A DNA stretch of 64,000 nt, taken from Ruditapes philippinarum (Eukaryota). This document shows positions 11,930 through 23,800 of this stretch, piece by piece (position 1 is the stretch's first letter; each line of letters begins with the position of its first letter). Below the pieces are notes generated by a model, which ran no database searches, was not told the origin of the DNA, and saw only the letters and a list, made by a program, of their open reading frames with translations. A program made the translations under genes and the position numbers. The stretch lies in assembly GCF_026571515.1 (NCBI RefSeq), contig NW_026852869.1:62001-126000 (forward strand). The letters are read 5' to 3'.

Positions 11930-12830
11930 TGGCAGTGTTAAAACTGTAACAACAGCCGAGGGACTTCGAATGTCTTATAAAAACAAAACATCTGTTCATT
12001 TTGATTTGGAAAAAAAAAGGTTTGCAAAATATGCTATTAATATTAAAGAAACCAAACGTTGTTCAGTCACTATAAATTAAACATTGTGTGTTTTCTATTA
12101 AATATAATAATTTCAAGAGTTATAATAAAGAGTAAATGAAATCAAGTTTGTATTCATTATTACGGACAACGAAATAGGACAGTTTATTAATTTATCTCTG
12201 CTAATATTTGAAGATTTTTATAGCTTCATTTGTGCAGATTGCATGTGTTCTGCTTGATTACTTTATTTCAATTGCCGTGAATTTGTAACATCTCACAATC
12301 GTGAAATTTATATCTCATATGAATTACAACAGTGCACACATTAGCTTGGCTAATAATTAATTATCAATAAATCTAATGGATTTGATAGTGTTTATTTTAA
12401 GTTTAATGATAAAAGGTTATCTTTGCGTAACGAAATATTTTCCGCAAATATGTTCTCAGCAAATATTCGTGATTGTATTAAAACGTTGCTCTGCAGATGG
12501 CAATGCCAGAACGTCTAGAGATCACGTTTTTACATCCATTTACGGATTGATTGGTATTGTTTTTATCTAGACAAGTAAAGTTTGAGACTTGCCATTTAAA
12601 TATACGTGATAAGAAACGGTTGTAAATATCTTTCAAAAGTTTGATCCCTTACACGATAGGAGACCTGGGTCTACAGACGCAATGACTTAAACTATATTTA
12701 CGATCAATAACAGACAATTTTAGAATTTATTGTTTAGCATTGTATGGTGATATTGTAGACACAAACGTTATGCATGTCAGATCAAAGACGTAAAATGGAT
12801 GATGTAAACATTTTATATAGTATCCAATAA
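11930..12830 (+). pseudogene. Fossil STAND NTPase (nSTAND3-like) module, internally shortened; paralogue at ~27160-28060
   Basis: FGK.RFAKYA (~12005-12036), FIITDNEIGQFINLSLLIFEDFY (12153-12221; LLLFEDFYG at 27429-27455), IRDAIETLL (27686-27712) and FLH/SIYELIGIVF (~27756-27793). Confidence 0.5.
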
Positions 12831-12834
12831 TTAT

Positions 12835-13110
12835 GGAGTCCCCCTATTGAAACAGACTGGTTGGCTAATATTGCCGACAACAAATCACTCTCTCGTCACC
12901 GCTGAGATTTCGAATTCTGTCAACGACTTTTGATTTATTAAGCAGCTGACCTTATGTCGGTGGTCAGATGCCTGCTTGCGTCCGAACTAATGAATGGACA
13001 ATTACGTTTTCGTCTTCTTCTAGCAGTAAAACTTGAAAGTCACTGTGCTGGCGTCCACAGGAAAGAAAAAAAGAAAAGGGAAAAGACAAACAAAACGAAA
13101 GAAACAAGTT
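12835..13110 (+). mobile_element. Old degenerate SINE family 1 copy (predates the duplication; paralogue at ~28065-28320)
   Basis: tcaccgctgagatttcgaattc...tgtcggtggtc...cagtaaaacttgaaagtc followed by an A-rich tail. Confidence 0.6.
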
Positions 13111-15849
13111 AAAACCTACTTGGCAAGGTTCATTTGTATTATCGTCATTTGTCAATTTGTCAGTCAACTAAATACGAACCTATTGTACTGAAACTTTGTT
13201 GTTGTTGTTCTCTTTTTTATTTTAATCATCATATTATGCCCATTATCTCACATACTAGGGATGCTAAAATTAGACTTACAGTTGAAAATCACATAATTAT
13301 AACAATATTTAATAATCTGAATATTTTTGAGATTAATTAATAGCAAATCAATTTAATATTCAAATGTTCATATTTGCCATTACGGCTGATCTATTATATC
13401 CTCCTAATCCACATTGTTATCAATTTAATTACATTTAAAAGTTATATCTATAAATCAATACACTTTATTTGTTGTAATCAGCCTTTGATATAAATGTTTT
13501 GTAATATATTCTGTGATGATATTGTATTGTTGATGTGTAGAAATTGAAAACAGTACTACTTTCAGTATATATCTTTGCGTTGTTCATAACATGGCGTTGT
13601 TTTTACTCGGAAAATGTCATTGGTTCTGTTCAGAGTGTCATATAAAAGTTATGAAAATATGAAAATACTTATATTTATTACTTTATAGTTTTAAAAAGAC
13701 AAACATGTATAGTAGATGCCCAAAAATGCCTTTTAGGTTGGTCGTAGTTGAGTCAAGTATAGCTTATAAATACATTTATCTTGAGTGTATATGAGTATAA
13801 TACAGTACAACATGACATGCGCATAGCTAAAGTAAAACAGTGAAAGATTAACTAATTTAAATTTAAATTTAGTTAAATAAGTTTAAAGGAATAATGAAGA
13901 ATATTTGTTACATGCATATAATTATGAATGGTGGATGAAGGACAATATCATGTTTCATCATATCCGGCCAACAGCGTCAGATAACTAAAATAAAATGTAA
14001 TGCCAGAACTCGGGCATATTTTAAACATGCGTCGCAAAGAGTTTGTTAATAATACTTTACAGATGACGGTCTCTGTAATATTTTTATATATGAATAAACG
14101 AATGTCTTGGACCTATTTCTAAATACGTAATTGACGTGTCATTCTGCGTGCATAGAGCTCAATACGCGACACTTCTCAAAATCAGATTAACGTCTGCAGC
14201 TAGCAGATGTGTCAGTAAAATGCTTTAAGGTAGAATTATTACATTCATAGACCTAACAGTCAATAAACAAATGTGACACATTCAATATCTTTGTCTCGGC
14301 TACATGGCATGAAAAATAAATAAATGACAACTAAAATTTCTCAAAGAGAAATTAAAGAACAGGACGATATGTCAGTCGCCTGCACACGAATCAGCCATAA
14401 TATATTTTATTTTTATTCAAATGTATGATTCTCATTTTATGTAGGCAGGCTGATTTTCCACTAAACTTACTTTTATGCTGTTGGACAGTTATTGGCTCAA
14501 AGCAGAAACTACCTCTTCTGATACTCTGTTCTAATTGATAGTGTATAGATACAAGAACTTATATTAATCAAAAGATGAGTGATTAAGAATAGAATTAAAT
14601 GATCATTTTTATCATTATTTAAGTCATTTTCTTATTTCTAATTTAAAACGCTTTTTGTCTGTAAAATATGCAAGCGCACTGATTAAAATATTGAAAATAA
14701 TGTTAGGTAAATTTAAATAGAATATCTATACTTACTCATTCAGTATTTCAAGGTAATTTGTCATGGCGTTGGTCTTAATGTCAAGAAATTCACCAGCAGA
14801 TTTTACAAACCTTCAGCCTGCTTCTTTCTGGGTGAAATAATTAGAAAAAACTCAATGTTTGTAAAAACTTCAATTATGTCTGAAAAAGCATTTATTTTTG
14901 TGGAAATATTTTCAAAAGTTGTGCATTTATTCGTGCTGTGATTTGTAGATAGAGCACAAGTGTTATTTGTTTCATTTTTTATAATCCCATACTGCTCTGT
15001 CTGCAAATTTTAACGGAATATATATCAGGGGAACACTGGGATTTTGAGCATTTTTCTATACGCGCAGCAATCACGTGATGTATGTCAAAAATTTGATTGG
15101 TTATAATTATGTGGATTTCTTAAGTAATCTGTAAAATACTAAATTCCTAGGTCAATACAAGAACAACAAAATAGTTATGCAATCTAATGCAGGCTGCTTA
15201 ACCGGTCGGACTAGTTATCTTATTATTGCTGGACGTGTGCGATCAAACACCTTCATGGGCAAGCCGTGTTTCCGTGAGCAAGAAACTTATCACTCATTGC
15301 TTATTACTGGTCGTACGCAGATATGATATTGTTCAAGCCGACCTAGAAAATATAAATACAACATGTTATAGCACGTTTGGTCTAACAAAATCAACACTTG
15401 CGAGTCTATTGCTTTTAATTTGTATTTTAAAAATAAATACAATAAAAATTGCTTATTTATTAAATGTTAATTTAAATTAGATGAAAACAACTTTGATTTA
15501 AGTTAGATGGCATTCTCTGAAAATCCATTTTGGTTGAAATAACTGACGGCACAATTGAACGAATATCTAAAATTTACAAAAATACTTGTTGAGGCATTCT
15601 AGTTTTATGAACTTATAAATTCAATTTGAAGAATTAACGATTTTAATTTCAACAATTCGCGATTTCAACATATTGAATTAATAACTTAATACGTTTTACA
15701 ATTTCCACTTCACAAATTCAAGATTTCATATTCATGGATTCAATGTTAAGAATTTACTTTTCTCTAAAAATAAACTAGAATATTTTAAAAAATTTTGAGT
15801 TTGAACATTCCTGTTCTTTATAAATGATATTTCAGCAATTTATTGAAAG

Positions 15850-16260
15850 CAAAACGAAATCTACTGAAACATTACATAAAATATGAATGTGAATGCAAGG
15901 AAAATTGCGCAACGCAGCAAATTGATAAAACAAAAATGATTGCAGTTAACGTTACATTGATCCCATTTGTAAACAAGGAACATTAAGTTTAAGAAATAAA
16001 TGTTTAAAAAGAAACAAAAATAACAGATCCATTATTGTCATTCTGACACGTTCATTGTCCAAGTAAAATGATTTTGTTGATTAATGAATTATAAACCATA
16101 TTCAATGTGCATTGAATTTACAATACAAACACAACTGCAAATTTAAAAAATGCAAACGAAAATCACAGGAAAGGATGACTTAAAGTTAGAATTTGTTGAA
16201 AAGGAATGCCATATCAAAATAAAGCATTTGATATGTTTTTAAGACTCTAATTTACTCGAG
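15850..16260 (+). pseudogene. Fossil STAND module, N-terminal part (paralogues at ~32650-33050 and ~59510-59890), interrupted by the 50-bp minisatellite
   Basis: KITDPLLSF*HVHCPSKMILLINEL (16017-16091) resembles the ITDP...hhhhDD Walker B region. The block is well conserved in all three copies. Confidence 0.4.
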
Positions 16261-16294
16261 TGGACTTAAGTAGGCTACTCACAAAATGTTTGAA

Positions 16295-16522
16295 TAAACT
16301 CAACGACTACAAGGTGCAGAATCGCCAAGTGTGATACCTTTGAGTAAATTCTACGATAACCAGGCACAGAATCGTCGAGTGTGATACGTTTGATTCTGAT
16401 CCACGATCACCAGGCAAAAAGTCACCGAGTGAGATACGTTTGAGTAAAGTATACAATTACAAGACACACAATCATCGAATGTGATACATTGGAGTAAAAT
16501 CAATGATCACAAAGCGCAGAAT
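16295..16522. repeat. Degenerate ~5-unit version of the 50-bp minisatellite (copy A); ~4 units at 59905-60080 (copy C)
   Basis: caggcacagaatcgtcgagtgtgatacgtttga-type units. Confidence 0.85.
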
Positions 16523-17339
16523 AAGAATATTCCTATAAACAAAATGATCGGATGATGAAAGGCTAGTGGTCACATTGTAAATCTGTCTTGAACAGAAATA
16601 AAAAATATTGATATATTATAAATATTATTTTGAAATTATAGTACTAGTAATTTGAAACATAAAAACACTCCACATAAATTTTAACGATAAAAGCACTCGC
16701 ATTTGCAATATAATACCAACAATCAAATATTAAAAGCTAAAATTAATAAAAGTGTATACAAAACAGAACAGAACTTGAGCGTTGACGTAGTATATCTCCG
16801 ATATGCATTCAATATTGTCGGTACATTACCCTTTTAATTATTTTAACTATCGTTTTATCGTTTCGACTTACCATGATAAATAATCCCCTAGTGAATAAAC
16901 ATTTGCTATGTAGCATAGTTTTGATGCAATGATATAAATATTTATGTTTGTAGATTATTACATGTATCAGTGATTATTTAATTATTTATATTGTATTTCG
17001 GAAATCTGGAAGCAATAACACTGTATTCTGCAATGCATGATTCAATTGGGTTACGTGTAAGAAACGTTTTCGAAATTACTTTTAGATACCACAATGCTTA
17101 CAGCTTTTAACGATGTAATGCTCTCAAGTCCCTACAAACAATCAGGTACGAGTGACACTATCGAATGCGAGAGAATATTGATTGTGATACTGTTTTTATT
17201 CTACTACCGCATATTTTAACGATACAAACAGTCTCGTTTCCAATAGCAATTACATGACTTGTGAAATGTTTTGTGTTTTTGTTTAAAATTTGGTAGCTTA
17301 GACTAAAGTATTTATAGGAAAATTACATACATCTGATTT

Positions 17340-18950
17340 AATACAAAATTTACGTAAAGGTCATAAGCTGATGCTGTTCAAAAATTAAAAACAGTTGAAC
17401 AAGTGTCATAAATGTGACGTCAAAAGTAATAAAAATATGGACTTGTTACAGAAATAATTTAGTGTAAGTATATGTACATATACTCTAACTTTAAAGTAAA
17501 TAAAGAAAACAGTTGCATTCTGCCAGTCGATTGTTTTAATAATCAAAGGTATAGTTTGTTGTGCTTTGTCTCAAAGATCGCAAAAGAGTTAACCTTTTTT
17601 GATATATTCAATATCATGGTCTGGTATAAACAATAAGAAATGCAAATTTATAACAACTTTAATAGACATCAGGAAAATGCCAAAGCCACATTTCATGCAA
17701 GTAGTGGCCTCTTACATGACACATGGCTTTCTTATCTGTCAAAGGGTTTAGCAGAGCAAACTTTTTTATAAACAACAGAGAATATTTTACGACTTAATGT
17801 CTCCATTGATATTGATTTCTAATAAATTGAACATACTTAACAGAAATGAATCATTAACTGTTGAATGAAATTACGTCGCCGTATTTTTTATGTATGCTTT
17901 TTTAAATTTCCTGTGTCTGCTAAATAAGAATTGGATAGTATCTATTAAGTTATGATCGTTATTTAATTTGTCGTCATTTGAAAGATCATCGTTACTGGAT
18001 ATTAGTTGTTTCTTTAAGCTTATTATAATTATATGACGAAGAAGAAATTAGTTTAATCATAACAAATATTTGATTTCTTCAATGAAAACGAAATACCGTT
18101 GTACTTTAAACATATACTAAATTATAGCAAACAGTTTCTTTTACCATACATTTGAATTATGTCGTTGACACAAAGAGATGATAATTATAATAATTATGTA
18201 AGTCAATTATCATAAGTCTGATTCAAGTTACATTTTCATATGTATACGATTTCTATGTCTTATTTTGTGACATCACAAAATTGTTACTATACTTTTGTTT
18301 CAGAATTAAATAAAACAGGGATACTTTATAACTTTTGTTTTAAATTAATATATGTCCGATACTGAGATTTTTTTGGCTCATTATCTTTTCATGGTTAAAA
18401 TGTATAGTACATTTTAGGGATTTTTGTTGTGAACGAACATTATATTTTACGTCATTTTAGGTATGACTGATGCCTTAGAAGATCTAAGAAAATCGTAATA
18501 AAATTTGGCATTAGGTCATTGCTTTACATTGACAAATAAACACTGGTTGATGTCAAAATCAACGAAACTTGATTTTGCATTGTCAACGCTTATTGACAAT
18601 TGAACAATTCACAAAAAGGAATTTGATGAAATGTCATTGGAAATTTAGGACAATTTATTAAAACAACTTGTTAGTTCTGAACAAGTGTTGATGTAAAATT
18701 TGCGGAGAAATTGTTAACTATGCACAAAACAGTTTCTCATTTAAAGTTTGAATTTTAATAAAGTTTTTTTAAAATACGAGTTTGTCTCCTAAGATAGATA
18801 ATATTTAGTAATTGTCATTCTTGAACGTACATTGCTCTTCATGCTTTTATCCCCTGTCCTGAAAATATCTTTCACTTGTAATAAAACAAGAAATTATTTT
18901 TAAGATAGAACGCGAATGATATTTTGTGAAGAATATCTTTTGTAATGATA
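17340..18950 (+). pseudogene. Fossil STAND NTPase (nSTAND3-like) module; paralogues at ~35740-37300 and ~61670-63200
   Basis: ADAVQKLK (17367-17390), KELTFFDIFN (17583-17612), MLVVATY..LIFISYNLTYLT (ORF 36071-36256), TDALEDL (18466-18486) and ALEILRKSVLQIALGHC (ORF 62690-62908). Confidence 0.5.
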
Positions 18951-19499
18951 TTTACGAAGAATTAAACAAGTGACAGCAAGGCAAAACTAATATAATAATA
19001 TTTACATACAGAGAGCAAGTTCCGGTCAACCGTTAACAAAATATTAATTTGGAACCAGGAAATATGTTATCCTAGGCAATAACATCTCATCAGTGTGATA
19101 ATTTCTTTACCACATTCATGTCAAGTATATGTATTGTTGTTTTTATACTAAAAATTGTTTTACAATTTATTGTTGTTTTCATGAAGAAATTAATACTGAA
19201 GATAGAGAAATAGAAAAAGTGATATTTTGTTTAACCTGATATATTAGTACTGTAGTAGTTTTTCGAAAGTATATAAATGTATTTAAACTTATTTTTCAGC
19301 TCAAAACTTCTTGTATTTATGAGAAATTCGACCAAAAATGAGGCTACTAGTGGGGAAAACAGATTTTTTTTATTGAAGTTGATATTTAGAAAATTTCATT
19401 TAAACTTGCTTTTAAGCATAAAATAAAATGAAATGTTTTTGTTTGTTGATGACACAATGTAAATTATGATTACAAAAAACAGACATACATGTAGGTAAT

Positions 19500-20010
19500 A
19501 AATCAAAAGTCAGATACCCTGGCAGTTACCAAAATAATTGTAGTCCAGACCTATCTTTTAAGGAAAAAAGTGCAATTACTGCTATGGTAAGATATTTTGG
19601 CAAAACACGCAAGTTAAAACATCAGAAAATGTATAGATAGATATCTATGCAGTTTGGAAAGCAATTTAAATACAAGAGATAGGTTTTCCAATGCAGCAAG
19701 TTAAACTTTGTATTACTAAAATAATATCATCGGTCTAGCTTTAATTGATGTAAGAAATTAAAAAGTGAAGCTTGCAAGGGCGAGCAACGTACATAAACGT
19801 GCATTGATCCTCATTTTTCTAGCAAACATCTTAACATGTAAGTAGTTAATTTTTGAACCTGATTTATCAGTATATTCTTTATACACAAGGACATTTTATG
19901 ATTAAGACAAATGAATAAATATGTGTAACGTTTTGAAAAAGAGAGATTGGTTATTTGAAAGAAATCTTAAAGAGGTGAAAAAGGTTGGTCACCTCAGGAA
20001 TGCGTATTAC
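19500..20010 (+). pseudogene. Fossil STAND module cut by the duplication junction; continues in copy B at ~38550-40000
   Basis: FGKTR (19596-19610, Walker A-like), IIGLALIDV (~19725-19752) and ALILIFLANILTCK. Confidence 0.4.
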
Positions 20011-20011
20011 A

Positions 20012-20301
20012 GTGACACAATACATTATGTTAAGGAAAAAAAACACATTGTATATGTCAAATATTCAAATGTTCTGACAAGTGTTTTGATATATTTATAG
20101 AAATTTACCTACATATAATATAACTAATTTGAAGCTTGAAAAGTCATTATTGCAATCATATGGGAGTATATACCAAGCAAGGAGTCTCTATTTAACATGT
20201 TGACAAAATTACGACATGTGATGAACTAAGGTGTATTACCTTTCGTTCCTCACCAAGATATGAACAAAGAACACAGATTATACGTAAAATATCATCATCA
20301 T
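20012..20301 (-). pseudogene. Remnant of the duplicated serine protease: exon 1 fused by deletion to the 3' tip of exon 4, plus intron 4; exons 2, 3, 5 and 6 absent
   Basis: Reads ATG ATG ATG ATA TTT TAC GTA TAA (Tyr to stop at 20280-20278). 20240-20261 matches the exon-4 end, with TGG changed to TGA. The intron-4 copy follows. Confidence 0.9.
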
Positions 20302-20601
20302 CTTTAAATTATTAGATATGACAAAAATGGTGGTATTGCCAGCGTTATTGTCCTTACCATGTTCAGTGCGTTTCAAACATGTGATACAAAGCAGGTGACA
20401 ATATCAAGTGTTTTTGTGATGGCTATTAACGAATAACTAAAACATACTTGAAATATCTATTAAGTAATTTTGATACAATTAATTATTTTAAAGTGTCTTT
20501 CTTAAAACACAACAACTTTTATATTGCTGTGAAGCAATCAATCCGTAAGTGTGGGACATAAACATATTGCGATTTTTTTTCTTTACCTTTAACAAGACGT
20601 T

Positions 20602-20835
20602 TAGGTCACATCGCGACGTTCCAGCTTTACTGGTGGAGGAAGAGCTCAGGTGCCCTTCCGTTCATTATTGCAGGCACGAACGGGCACCTGAGTAGAACCA
20701 CCGACGTTCCGTAAGCTAGCTGGATAGCTTCCTCACATGAAAGAATCCAAAGTCCCTGTCGGTATTGGAACCCACAGCGGTGAGAGGCAAGTGGTTTGAA
20801 GTCAACAACCTTAACCACTCGGCCACGGACGCCCC
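20602..20835 (-). mobile_element. tRNA-derived SINE family 1 (resembles mollusc Meta/MESC-core SINEs, from memory); specific to copy B
   Basis: The reverse complement begins GGGGCGTCCGTGGCCGAGTGGTTAAG (A box) and contains GGTTCCAATACC (B-box-like) and an internal CAGGTGCCC...GGGCACCTG hairpin. Absent at the paralogous site ~4985-5003. The 3' tail is lost. Confidence 0.88.
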
Positions 20836-23800
20836 AACGCTATACGTGTTGTTCATAAAACATACTATTACTATGAAATATAATCAACATGTAATAGCCA
20901 GTAAGCATTAATAATTCTAAAGTTGTAGTTTAAATGCCGTTAAAAGTTTGAAATTAATCATACGCCATATTAGCAATTAAAAGGCAACATGGCATACATA
21001 ATATGAACCAACTGAACCAAAAGGAGCTGGCAATTCAGTGTTGATATAAAGTACGGGGCGATGTCGCAGAACACTGATGCACGTTAATTTAATTCGAAAG
21101 CGGTGAGAAACATATTAAGTCTGTATAATCGAGCTAAATCAAATGCAAATGATATATTTTGCTCAATCAATGTACCAGTATATACCTAGTTCCAGCTTAA
21201 GTATCTAAGTAAATGATCCACAAAATTAATTGATATATTCAATACCAGTTTATTACTTCTAATTCATTGTCATATATTATTAACGTTATCAATAAGACAC
21301 TTGTACATGAATTACTTGCTGAAAAATTGAATTATGTGCTTACTAGGATTTGTTGAGTAAATTAATGTTTGTTTATTCTTGTTGTAAGCTGTTTCATAAA
21401 TATGTATGGTTATACGGTACACGTTGGCTTACGAAGACTTGGTCNNNNNNNNNNNNNNNNNNNNNNNNNNNNNNNNNNNNNNNNNNNNNNNNNNNNNNNN
21501 NNNNNNNNNNNNNNNNNNNNNNNNNNNNNNNNNNNNNNNNNNNNNNNNNNNNNNNNNNNNNNNNNNNNNNNNGTCGTTCTATAATTAGCCATATCGTTCC
21601 CATGATTTGATGATTGTATGAAACGAATTTTATTCTCTTTTGGATTACATAATTATGTCTTTGTAACAGCTTTTTTGTGTTTTCTGACGCCATAATCTCT
21701 AGCTCAAACGGCCTAAAAAAGCATTCTTTTCCTAGGCTATTAGTTCTATTTGCACGATAAATTATCCCATTTCAAATGTCGTTTTCACGAAATATATATA
21801 AACATACACAAAGGTTTAGGTGGGCTAGTGTGCCTAAGGCTAGTGATTCTTCCCAGGTACCAGAGATATCATTAGTTAAAGAACGCTATCAAATGAGAAT
21901 TAACTTTCACAGCAATCGTTAAAGTGTTTCATGATGTATTTGTAATGTTTAAATAGCTGTACTAATTGGTTTTAAAAGTACCATAACGATAATAAAATAT
22001 TAATAACAAAGAAGACTTAATTAGTATAATATCTTTTCTGGACTAATAACACCGTTTTTGACCTTTTTGTGAAACAATTATAGTTGAAGAATAAATAGGC
22101 TCTCAAATATTAAACATATGAAACAAACAAACGCAGTAAAGGACGTAACAAACAAACAAACAAACAACAATAGCAACAACAAAATAAAATATATTTAATT
22201 TATTTATTTGAATATTATTTGAAATCGACTCTAACAACGGTACTCCTATGTCAAAATGTATAGTTTTATATTTAAAAAATAGAATATTTGCAAAACAAGA
22301 AAAACCCGTGCTCACAGAATAAGAATAATGTTACAGACAATGTATGCGTATTAAGTTGTTTTACAGACTTTTTTTATTCAAAGATATTGTCATTATGCCA
22401 TTTCATGCCTATTCCGAGATAAACATACCTCTGGAAATTTGCTAATGCATAAGGCATACACTCAAATTTGGCAAAGGGGATGCATATATTGTTTTCAAAA
22501 TAACGACAATAAACTAAGTTCAATATTAATGCCAAACCAAAACAGTTTAAAAGAAAATAAGTCATAAACTATTGTGACTTTGCTTTTTTTCATAATTTAT
22601 TTATTTATTTATTTATTTTACATTTATAAGGTTGATAAAGTGTACTTATAACACCACTATAAATAATATGTTATTTTATAACTATAAAATGAAAACAATA
22701 CAATATAATATTTGAGGATTTTAAAGCCCCTGACACTCAAATATAATTATACTTGTGTATGAGAAGGTTTTTGATCAAGTAAAGAATTGCCAGTACTATA
22801 AATTACAGGAAGCATGATGAACATTGATATGGTCAAAATGAACTAATCAAAATATAAAAGGGAGGTAATTATAAATGAAATATCGATAAATGTTGTACTT
22901 ATCCTGTGTAAAAATAGTTAAATAAATGAAAAGCGAAATTATATTCAGAAAAATCACCAATGTGGTATATATCGTTTTATTATTATATATTTCTTATACA
23001 CATACAAAAAGTTATTATTATGTGTAAACTTTAATAAAATACTCTTAATTTACAACGAATATAAACTTTTCAAAAAAATTAAAGCGTTCCTGAAAAAATG
23101 AGCTCTCTCTTTTGTCACAACAGACAGTATATATGAAATTTGTAGTTATTTATTATAAGCAAATATATATTTGCTATGTTTTTCTGCCCTCGAATTTACT
23201 TATTGACATTTCGGTACTTGTTTCCTTAGAAATTTGTGATTCAATTTCTATCAATGACAGCATCACTTTGTTTAAACGTTACAAAATTACATAGACTGTC
23301 ACTCATTAACTCTTTATACATTCATTTCCCTCCTCTCTCTCTGTTTTGTCAATTTTGACTTGTAATAAAACAGTTGGAAACAAAATAGGGATGTGTCAAA
23401 AGAATGCTAAACAAGTGATTTGAACAAGATAACATTTTGACATGCCCTTTATTATATGATCCTAAGAATGGACTGTTGTAATATGATAATATGGTTATTA
23501 AACATGCATACTGTACGTTCATTTGTACTAAATTTTATTGAACGAGTACACGGCAGTAAAAACAACTATATATATGTGAAGATCTTTCACATTGTAAAAC
23601 AACTTTGATACGTTACGTACAATACTGAATTCGGAAAATGAATCTTAAGAGAAATGGACCCATAGACCCATATACTAATATACTAAAATCGCACGGTGGA
23701 AACGCTTCCTTGACTGTTATTTCAATATCTGTTATCAAAAAGGATAATGATACGACGACACAATGAATTACTTGCTTGCAGACAGTTCTGCTTTGGTAGT

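Larger units (their letters stand above)
2229..20010. repeat. Segmental tandem duplication, copy A
   Basis: Colinear with 20011-39010 over its length, e.g. 4650-5363 vs 20270-21196, 8400-8600 vs 23155-23350, and 19770-20009 vs 38773-39010. Confidence 0.92.

Noticed and set aside
14170-14400. Block conserved in three copies, considered as a regulatory element, miRNA or GIMAP fragment (KGRLITFIDL)
   Set aside because: No convincing hairpin, and the DTPG motif is absent. It may be another decayed coding module, but the evidence is insufficient to call.
20760-20835. tRNA genes (also at 31640-31715 and 63598-63675)
   Set aside because: These are tRNA-like heads that continue directly into SINE bodies; no complete cloverleaf or terminator is evident.
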